Below are positions 1 to 5,992 of a stretch of DNA of 15,461 nt, in pieces. The notes below the pieces were generated by a model. That model was not told the DNA's origin. It saw nothing but the letters and a program-made list of their open reading frames with translations, and did no database searches. A program made the position numbers and the translations under genes. Location: assembly GCA_027319565.1 (NCBI GenBank), contig DAHVNA010000040.1:1-15461 (forward strand), in the 5' to 3' direction. Positions within the stretch are counted from its first letter, which is position 1. Each line of letters opens with the position of its first letter. This stretch comes from Elusimicrobiota bacterium. Lineage in GTDB: Bacteria; Elusimicrobiota; Elusimicrobia; UBA1565; UBA9628.

Positions 1-63
1 CAACTCTCCGAGATGGAGCTATTGCTTAATCTCGCGACCGAAACTGAAGGGGGGAAACACTGA
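1..63 (+). CDS. 3' end of an upstream gene (partial, ...QLSEMELLLNLATETEGGKH*); product not identifiable, possibly VirB4-like by position only
   Basis: Frame 1 is open from base 1 to TGA 61-63, which overlaps the next ATG (TGATG) like the other coupled junctions of this operon. Confidence 0.5.
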   Translation, partial: QLSEMELLLNLATETEGGKH

Positions 64-749
64 TGAAGAAAAGTCCGGTCTTTTTGCTGTTCCTTATTAT
101 TTGCGCCGCCCAAACGCCCGCGCGCGCCCAGTTCCTGGTCGGCTCCGCCGTCAGCGGGATGCAATACGCCCAGGAAAAGGCCTTCGAGGCCTTCATGAGA
201 ATACAAATCATCCAGCAGATTGAAATATTGCGGCAAAACTACGAGGCCTCGGTGAACTACTACAACCAGTTTAAACAGCTTAACTCCGGGCGCGGCTTCA
301 TGTTCAACGTGGGCCAACAGTTCAAAACTGCGGAGGATCAGTCCGTCGGTCAGATGACCCAGCAGCTCCTTTACTCCTATAACGGAAACACCGCCACCGA
401 TCAATTCGTCGAAAAAGCGGATGAGGCCGTCTATAACGACATGAAATACGCGGGCGACGAGATGGGAAACCTGATCTCAAACCGCAAAACGGCGGTCAGC
501 GTCGCTCAAAACGCCGGCGGCCTCGCCCCCAAGGACGCGGCCAATCTGTCGGCCAAGGCGCAGGGACTTGAACTCCAGATGCTCATCCAGCTCCATGAGG
601 ACAATCTGCGCTTGATACAGCTGGCTTCGCTGCAAACCCTGGGGCAAAACCGGCGACAGAAAAGCGAGGCCGACATGATTCAAAACATCAGGGGCAGCGT
701 CAAACGGCGGTTTCCAAGCTCACCATCCGGCGCGGGGGGACAACAATGA
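63..749 (+). CDS. Exported conjugal transfer protein, VirB5/TrbJ-like
   Basis: Signal peptide (MKK, hydrophobic core, ARA|QF); Gln-rich helical segments (IQIIQQIEILRQNY; AKAQGLELQMLIQL) resembling TrbJ/VirB5; lies directly before a VirB6-like gene; G-rich RBS-like sequence upstream. Confidence 0.6.
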   Translation: MKKSPVFLLFLIICAAQTPARAQFLVGSAVSGMQYAQEKAFEAFMRIQIIQQIEILRQNYEASVNYYNQFKQLNSGRGFMFNVGQQFKTAEDQSVGQMTQQLLYSYNGNTATDQFVEKADEAVYNDMKYAGDEMGNLISNRKTAVSVAQNAGGLAPKDAANLSAKAQGLELQMLIQLHEDNLRLIQLASLQTLGQNRRQKSEADMIQNIRGSVKRRFPSSPSGAGGQQ

Positions 750-1720
750 ACCCAAGCGTTTTGATTAACCTCAATCAGATACCGGTTCAGCTCTCGGGGC
801 TTAGTTCCCTGACCAGCGCCATCGCGCTCGCTCTCTTGGCCTTCATCATCCCTTACTCCGCCGTCGAGATGAATGTCCGGGCGATAGCGGGAAAAAGTTC
901 TCCGGGATATTCCGGGCTTTTAACGCGCATCGTCATCGCCCTCGCCTGCCTCTTGAGCTACGACAAGCTCTACGGACTTTTCCTCGGAGCTTTCCAGGCC
1001 CTGTCTTTTTCGGTCTTGAGCGAACAAGACTGGGGAAATTTCTTGATCAGGAATTTGTCGGCTCCCGACGCGGCATCACCAATCTTGTCCTGGCTGACCC
1101 ATCCCTTAAGCTCGGTCCAGGCCATCGTCTTATTTCTCAGCAGCTTGTTCGCCGTCACGGCTAAAGACGTCATCGTCATGCTCCAGGCCTCTTTCCTCAG
1201 CCTCCTCTTCGCCTTCGGACCCATCGCCATCGTCTGCGGAATCAGCGAAAAAACCTCCGGCGTGACCAGGGGGTGGATCGTCAATTCGTTTCAGATCGCG
1301 TCCTGGAGCTTTTTCCTAAGGCTCGTCGTCCGTGTTTGGCTGACCCTCGGCCCCTTGGCCGCCAACACCGGAACGGGGACGGCCAATGATTTCTTGGGGA
1401 TACTCGCCGTTAATTCCGCCTTTTTCGTCATGGTCTTGGGAACCCCCATACTCTCGGCGCGGCTCATATCGGGGGAAGGGCTGTCCTCTTTTGCCGAGGC
1501 GGCGACGGGGGTGATGGGAGCGGCAATGGTCGGCATGCCTCTTAAAGCGGGGAGATTTTTAGGGCAGGCCCTTGAACGCGGGCGGAAAAACTCGCGGCAA
1601 GCCGAGTTCGCGCAGCAACATCCCGCCCCCATGACGGCGACGGCGGCGCATCAGCGGCTCTTTAAGCGAAATAAAAAGAATGAGGCAAAAGACGCGAAGG
1701 GGGAAAAGTCCGATGATTAG
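746..1720 (+). CDS. Polytopic inner-membrane T4SS protein, VirB6/TrbL/TraJ-like
   Basis: About 5-6 hydrophobic segments; VirB6-type stretch LLFAFGPIAIVCGISEKTSGVTRGW; Gly/Ala-rich then basic C-terminal tail; ATGA overlap with the previous gene. Confidence 0.8.
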   Translation: MNPSVLINLNQIPVQLSGLSSLTSAIALALLAFIIPYSAVEMNVRAIAGKSSPGYSGLLTRIVIALACLLSYDKLYGLFLGAFQALSFSVLSEQDWGNFLIRNLSAPDAASPILSWLTHPLSSVQAIVLFLSSLFAVTAKDVIVMLQASFLSLLFAFGPIAIVCGISEKTSGVTRGWIVNSFQIASWSFFLRLVVRVWLTLGPLAANTGTGTANDFLGILAVNSAFFVMVLGTPILSARLISGEGLSSFAEAATGVMGAAMVGMPLKAGRFLGQALERGRKNSRQAEFAQQHPAPMTATAAHQRLFKRNKKNEAKDAKGEKSDD

Positions 1721-2432
1721 CCTTAAAACATTTTCCAAACGGCCGGGGATCTCCGCAAAAGAGCCAATCAAAGACTCCTTGGAAGTCGCCCAGACCCTGG
1801 GCGCGGACGCTCAAACCATGGACGTTCCAACTTATTACGAAGCCTGGGGCGGGCTTGAGAGCGCCAACAAAATTTTATGGACCGCACTGTGGTTCGCGGT
1901 CAGCGTCGCTATCCTGACCTTGATCCTTCTGCGCGCCGCGCTTGGCCGCCCACCGGTCGTCATACTGCTCGGCGAAAAAGGCCAAAGCCAGGTCGTCTTG
2001 GGCTCATCAACCCAGCCGCCGGTCAGCGCCGTGGAAATCAAGAATTTCCTGAGCCTCTTCGAACGCTTCTTTACCGAGCTTGACCGCTACACCTATAGTC
2101 AAAGCCTCAAGACCGCCTTCTCCATGATGACTCCGGAGTTCAAAGCCAAGGCGCGCGACCTTCTCGAGCGGGAAGGCCTCGTCGAAGCCCTCAAGGCCGA
2201 TGAGCTTAAAACACAATTGACGCTGACCGATATCTCCATCGTTAAAAACGCTCCCGATCTCATCGAATGCGACGTCAAGGGCTGGCGCGAGATCGGCTCC
2301 TTTAAGCCCGACGGTCCGCATAAGGAAGTCGTCTTTGAAGACGAGATCATTTTAAAGAAGGTCCCAAGGTCGGAAAAAGCTCCGGACGGGGTCTTGGTCG
2401 AGGATTGGAGCGAGAGCCTCTTCAAAAAATAA
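1713..2432 (+). CDS. Bitopic T4SS protein, VirB8/TrbF/TraK-like
   Basis: Single TM (ILWTALWFAVSVAILTLILL), then PPVVILLG and an NTF2-like pattern (EIKNFLSLFERFF...AFSMMT...RSEKAPDGVLV). Start taken at ATG 1713, which overlaps the VirB6 stop; 1680 and 1818 are alternatives. Confidence 0.75.
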   Translation: MISLKTFSKRPGISAKEPIKDSLEVAQTLGADAQTMDVPTYYEAWGGLESANKILWTALWFAVSVAILTLILLRAALGRPPVVILLGEKGQSQVVLGSSTQPPVSAVEIKNFLSLFERFFTELDRYTYSQSLKTAFSMMTPEFKAKARDLLEREGLVEALKADELKTQLTLTDISIVKNAPDLIECDVKGWREIGSFKPDGPHKEVVFEDEIILKKVPRSEKAPDGVLVEDWSESLFKK

Positions 2433-2435
2433 TAA

Positions 2436-3179
2436 ATGAGTAGAATCATCGTTTTCTCGGCCGTGATTTTTACCGCCCTCCTGACGGCGTTCTTCGCCGC
2501 CTCCCCGCGCCAAACGCCAAGGACTGGCTACGCTCCCATGGCGGGCAAATTGTTTTCCTCCGCCGAAAAGCCGCAGCAAGCGGATATTGAGACGATATTG
2601 GGGATACCGGCCGTCCGGATCAAAACCCCGCAAACCGAGAAAAAAGGCGCGACAATTCTCCGTGGAAAACATCGGGAGACATTGGGGGCTAAAAGGCTTA
2701 AGGCGAAACAGAGAAGCCCAAAACAGGCGGAGAAGGTTTTACCCAAGGCGCGGGCGGAAGACAAAGCGGATGTCACCGGTTTCAAAAACCGGAATGCCCT
2801 CCCTCAATACGTCACCGAGGACATCATCCAGACCTTTGAAGACGATCTCTCCAAATATCCCCTAAAAAAATCCGAGACTCAAGAAGGCGTCAGCTTAAGG
2901 CTGATCGCCTTGGAAAACCTGGACAAGATGTTCATCGTCAAAATCGCCGTGGACAACCGGACGGGCGAGGACTTCTTCGTCAAGGGCTTTGAGGCGAAAG
3001 CGGGCGGCTTGAGGCTTGAGGAACGCTCGCTGTTTGGAGTCTTGGTCGAGGCGCGAAAAAACCGCGAAGGATATATACTCCTTGCCAAGCCCAAAAAAGG
3101 CGCGCGCATATGCCTCGAACTTAAGGAAGACGGAGGAAAAAGAAGGGCGATCAAAATTTACATGGATTGTCCTTTATAA
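2436..3179 (+). CDS. Membrane-anchored or exported protein with a C-terminal domain resembling Bacteroidota TraN (DUF4138) / VirB9 C-terminal domain
   Basis: N-terminal hydrophobic segment, Lys/Arg-rich linker, then beta-rich GVSLRLIALENLDKMFIVKIAVDNRTGEDF...LELKEDGGKRRAIKI; sits between VirB8-like and VirB10-like genes. Family call is from remembered motif similarity only. Confidence 0.5.
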   Translation: MSRIIVFSAVIFTALLTAFFAASPRQTPRTGYAPMAGKLFSSAEKPQQADIETILGIPAVRIKTPQTEKKGATILRGKHRETLGAKRLKAKQRSPKQAEKVLPKARAEDKADVTGFKNRNALPQYVTEDIIQTFEDDLSKYPLKKSETQEGVSLRLIALENLDKMFIVKIAVDNRTGEDFFVKGFEAKAGGLRLEERSLFGVLVEARKNREGYILLAKPKKGARICLELKEDGGKRRAIKIYMDCPL

Positions 3180-3183
3180 GGCC

Positions 3184-3924
3184 ATGAAACTCAATAACGT
3201 TTTATCAATCATGATTGCGGCGTCATTAATCGCCGGAGGGTCAAGAACCTGGGCCGCCCAAAGTTCGGAGGACAAGACTCAAAACCTCGCGGCGGGGAAC
3301 GACCCGCCCGCCTTAGATCCCCTCGACTTCGATAAGAGCCTTAAATCGGATCAGCCCAGACCTTGGAAAGGCGTGACGAAAAAAACAGCGTCAAATAACC
3401 GCTATTTCTTGCCGACCGGATTTACCTTCCCGGTTCGCCTTGAAAACGCCGTCTATTCCTACAACGTGGAGAGCCCCGCCGTCGCCGTCGTGGATGAAGA
3501 AGTTCAATACCTAAAAAGAATCGTCATCCCCTCCGGCACGCGGGTCATCGGAACAGTCGCGGTCCAACAGGACCATAACCGCATCCTCATCACCTTTAAC
3601 ACCCTCGTCTTCCCGGAAGGAGACGAAATTAAATTCACGGGTCTTGGTCTTTCCTTGGACGGCTCCTTGGGAATCAAGGGCAAAGTCGAAACGCATAAGG
3701 ATTCAGCCATCGCCGACACCGTTTTAAGTTCGGTGGTCAGCGGAGCGCAGGAAGCGGCCATGATGACGACCAGCGTCAACCCCGTCGCGACATCGGCCTT
3801 GTCAGGACTCGCCGGAGAAGCCACGGGAGAACTCGGCGCTCAAAGACAACAAATCACCACCAGCATCTCGGTCAACGCAGACACGGGACTTAAAATCTTT
3901 TTGCCGCGAAGAGTCGAGTATTAA
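3184..3924 (+). CDS. VirB10/TrbI/TraM-like core-complex protein (246 aa)
   Basis: TrbI-domain motifs LPTGFTFPVRL, VIPSGTRVIG, RILITFNTLVFPEG, DGSLGIKGKV and TSISVNADTGLKIF. ATG 3184 lies 4 nt after the previous stop and starts a signal-like sequence. Confidence 0.85.
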   Translation: MKLNNVLSIMIAASLIAGGSRTWAAQSSEDKTQNLAAGNDPPALDPLDFDKSLKSDQPRPWKGVTKKTASNNRYFLPTGFTFPVRLENAVYSYNVESPAVAVVDEEVQYLKRIVIPSGTRVIGTVAVQQDHNRILITFNTLVFPEGDEIKFTGLGLSLDGSLGIKGKVETHKDSAIADTVLSSVVSGAQEAAMMTTSVNPVATSALSGLAGEATGELGAQRQQITTSISVNADTGLKIFLPRRVEY

Positions 3925-3950
3925 AAGGGAATTTAAATAGGAGAAAAATA

Positions 3951-4139
3951 ATGAATGAAAAACTGCTGACAATAGACGAAGTATGCCAAAAATTGGGTGG
4001 TGTAAGGCCCTGGACGGTGCGTTCATGGGTGAGCCAAAGGAGAATCCCATACACAAAAGTAGGGCGCCTGACGCGATTCCCTGAATCAAAAATCAACGAC
4101 TGGATTAACGAAAATACGCACGCCCCCGCCGGAGCCTGA
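3951..4139 (+). CDS. xis: Excisionase / recombination directionality factor (HTH_17, MerR-like winged helix)
   Basis: 62 aa with LLTIDEVCQKLG...TVRSWV...IPYTKVGRLTRF...INDWI; RBS AGGAGA at 3939-3944; adjacent to the integrase. Confidence 0.85.
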   Translation: MNEKLLTIDEVCQKLGGVRPWTVRSWVSQRRIPYTKVGRLTRFPESKINDWINENTHAPAGA

Positions 4140-4190
4140 TAAGGGGAACAAAATAGACGCCTCAGCCGTAATATTTAATGGGAGGGAACA

Positions 4191-5492
4191 ATGGCGCTAT
4201 ATAGAAGGGACGAGAATTGGTTCATAGACTACAGGGCGAACGGACGGCGCATACGCGAGAAAATCGGCCCGAATAAAAAACTCGCGGAATCGGTTTTAGC
4301 CAAGCGCAAATTAGAACTCGCCGAGAAGAAATTCCTTGATGTCCGAAAAGTCAGCCGTGAGACTTTTCGTAGCTTCGCTCAAAAGTATCTGGATTGGGTC
4401 CAAGGACGCATTCGCTCGATTTCCCAAGAGCGCACTTATCTTCGCCGACTCAATGAGACTTTCGGCGATATCGCCCTTTCCGATATTGACGTGGCTCGCG
4501 TCGAAAAATTTATGGCGCAGCGCCTCAAGGAATCAAAACACCATCCTTTTCGCGGCAACGCCGTCCGCAATTTGGACGGAGAAGTTCTCCAATCGAAGAT
4601 TAAGGCGTGGCATCTCAAGAACTCAAAGACGATCTCGAAGTCCTATGTCAACAGAGAAACAGCCTGTCTCAGACGAATCTTGAACAAGGCGGCGGATTGG
4701 AAATTAATTCCAGCCAAGCCTTTAGGCGGCCTCAAGCTCTATGATGAACGGGAGTTTATACGAAAGCGCTATCTCAAACCGGAAGAAATTCGTTCTCTTT
4801 TAGCCGCATGCAGTCCGCACATTCGGGAGATTGTGACATTTGCCTTGTATACTGGCCGCCGCTTCGGCGAAATTGTGGGTATTCGATGGCAGGAAGTGGA
4901 CATCGAAAATGGCTATGTCTATTTCCCCAAGACCAAGAAAAAGGAGCCGGATCAGGTCGCCCTGCCGCCGCGTGCGGTAAAACTTTTGGCCGCCATGAAA
5001 GAAAATACAAAGAGCGAATATGTTTTTCATCGTAGAAACGGCGGACGGATTAGCGATGTTCGGTGGGCGTTTAATCGGGCTCTTCGTTTGGCCGGTATAA
5101 GCAATTTCCGGTTTCACGATTTGCGGCATACCGCCGTTTCTTATATGATAATGAACGGCATTGATTTAAAGACCGTCGCGGAAATTGTGGGGCATACCAC
5201 GGCAGAGATGACGGATAAGCGTTATGGGCACCTTTCCCCGGATCATAAACGCAGTGCGGCGGGGGTCTATGGTTCCGCAATGGATAAATTATGCGGTTAT
5301 GCGCCCACTTCGCCGGATACAAACCATGCCGACAAAGCAGCGGATGGAGGTTCTAAAGTGGACACTTTTTGGACACTTCGCCAAAATAGCCGGAAAAGCG
5401 GGCAACACTGTTTATCTAATTTATCTATTGAAAATAATAATAATTTTAAGTTATTAAGACAAGGTAAAAAAGCACAACCTAAAGCTTCGTAA
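4191..5492 (+). CDS. int: Tyrosine recombinase / phage-type integrase with N-terminal arm-binding domain
   Basis: Catalytic set R224 (TGRRFGEI), K247, H309/R312 (FHDLRHT), H335 (VGH), Y345; N-terminal WFIDYRANGRRIRE arm-binding pattern; RBS GGGAGG upstream. Confidence 0.96.
   Translation: MALYRRDENWFIDYRANGRRIREKIGPNKKLAESVLAKRKLELAEKKFLDVRKVSRETFRSFAQKYLDWVQGRIRSISQERTYLRRLNETFGDIALSDIDVARVEKFMAQRLKESKHHPFRGNAVRNLDGEVLQSKIKAWHLKNSKTISKSYVNRETACLRRILNKAADWKLIPAKPLGGLKLYDEREFIRKRYLKPEEIRSLLAACSPHIREIVTFALYTGRRFGEIVGIRWQEVDIENGYVYFPKTKKKEPDQVALPPRAVKLLAAMKENTKSEYVFHRRNGGRISDVRWAFNRALRLAGISNFRFHDLRHTAVSYMIMNGIDLKTVAEIVGHTTAEMTDKRYGHLSPDHKRSAAGVYGSAMDKLCGYAPTSPDTNHADKAADGGSKVDTFWTLRQNSRKSGQHCLSNLSIENNNNFKLLRQGKKAQPKAS
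5359..5378 (+). repeat. Tandem direct repeat TGGACACTT x2 (5359-5367, 5370-5378); candidate integrase arm-type binding sites
   Basis: Perfect 9-mer repeat with 11-bp period, about 110 bp inside the att core; arm-site role inferred from lambda-type att architecture. Confidence 0.65.
5421..5459. promoter_or_regulatory. AT-rich att-arm segment with two degenerate IHF-like sites (5421-5433, 5447-5459)
   Basis: TTATCTATTGAAA and TAAGTTATTAAGA each match YAANNNNTTGATW with 2 mismatches; located between the arm repeats and the core. Confidence 0.4.
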
Positions 5493-5505
5493 GCGATAGG
5501 TTGTG
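5473..5505. repeat. att core: inverted repeat CACAACCTA (5473-5481) / TAGGTTGTG (5497-5505) centred on the 7-bp TTCGTAA (5486-5492)
   Basis: Perfect 9-bp inverted repeat plus an inner GC/GC pair, symmetric about the anticodon loop. Confidence 0.85.
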
Positions 5506-5527
5506 GGTTCGAATCCCATCTCCGGCT
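5484..5527 (+). pseudogene. 3' half of tRNA-Thr(CGT) = attR direct repeat; not a complete tRNA
   Basis: Anticodon loop TT-CGT-AA, 3' stem GCGAT, variable loop AGGTT, T arm GTGGG-TTCGAAT-CCCAT, acceptor 3' strand CTCCGGC, discriminator T, no encoded CCA. The D arm and 5' acceptor strand are absent, and AAAGC replaces the expected ATCGC. Confidence 0.9.
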
Positions 5528-5568
5528 TTCTTTATTGGATGGGATTTAACCCTCTTTCCTCTTAAACC

Positions 5569-5597
5569 TTGACCCGCCGAAAAATTTATTACACAAT
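5569..5597 (+). promoter_or_regulatory. Putative sigma70 promoter for the Ig-like/tal/zwf/pgl/GH15/EIIA operon
   Basis: TTGACC (5569-5574), 17-bp spacer, CACAAT (5592-5597); AGGAGG RBS before ATG 5620. Confidence 0.6.
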
Positions 5598-5619
5598 GAA
5601 AGGAGTAGGAGGTTCTGTC

Positions 5620-5991
5620 ATGAAAAAGTCTATATCCGCTAAGTTGTCGGGGATTAATTCCTTATTCCCTGGAAAGGTTAAAAACTCTCGCGTGAGCAGC
5701 GCGGTCAATAATAAGGTTTCTCTGGCGCCGCGATGGGTCAATGTGGATTATCCCCGTCCCAGTGAAAAGGTTTTAAAAGGACACTACGCCGTCCGCGTCC
5801 ACGCCCCGTGGGCCAATCAAGCGCAGATTTCTTTTAATGGGACTTCTTGGAGCGATTGCCGCAATGATGTCGGATTTTTTTGGTATGACTGGTATCCCGA
5901 GCGCCCCGGGCTTCAGAAAATCTATGCCCGAGCTCGAAACGGGGCTGGCGCTTGGACCAAAGCTGAAACAAGAGAATGCGAGGTTGAATAA
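5620..5991 (+). CDS. Hypothetical protein (123 aa): basic N-terminal tail plus a probable Ig-like beta-sandwich
   Basis: Strong RBS; pattern VNVDYP...HYAVRV...QISFNGTSW...FWYDW.P..PG...IYARA resembles Ig-like domains; stop lies 1 nt before the tal ATG. Confidence 0.75.
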   Translation: MKKSISAKLSGINSLFPGKVKNSRVSSAVNNKVSLAPRWVNVDYPRPSEKVLKGHYAVRVHAPWANQAQISFNGTSWSDCRNDVGFFWYDWYPERPGLQKIYARARNGAGAWTKAETRECEVE

Positions 5992-5992
5992 A

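Larger units (their letters stand above)
1..5527 (+). mobile_element. Right end of a putative integrative conjugative element (T4SS genes + xis + tyrosine integrase) ending at attR in a tRNA-Thr(CGT) 3' fragment; the element continues left of the window
   Basis: Co-oriented conjugation-type genes, an excisionase and an integrase end exactly at a 3' tRNA half (5484-5527); housekeeping genes follow immediately. Confidence 0.88.

Noticed and set aside
3016..3183. N-terminal extension of the VirB10-like ORF
   Set aside because: Overlaps the previous CDS by about 160 bp; ATG 3184 gives a clean signal sequence right after the upstream stop.
4140..4190. Dedicated int promoter (TAGACG...TTTAAT)
   Set aside because: Spacing is only 14 bp, so it is not supportable.
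1..5492. Prophage
   Set aside because: xis/int are phage-like, but the adjacent genes are conjugation-type and no virion genes are visible.
5455..5527. Complete tRNA-Thr gene
   Set aside because: No D arm and no 5' acceptor strand complementary to CTCCGGC; the anticodon stem 5' side is only 2 bp. It is an att fragment.
5470..5530. Integration-dependent switch of the integrase C-terminus at the normal site
   Set aside because: The stop codon lies within the shared core, so attP and attR would encode the same end.
5569..5619. TTG start at 5569 in the ORF track
   Set aside because: That TTG is the -35 box; ATG 5620 has an AGGAGG RBS.
5837..5992. 52-aa N-terminal extension of transaldolase
   Set aside because: Overlaps the upstream gene; transaldolase similarity and an RBS begin at ATG 5993.
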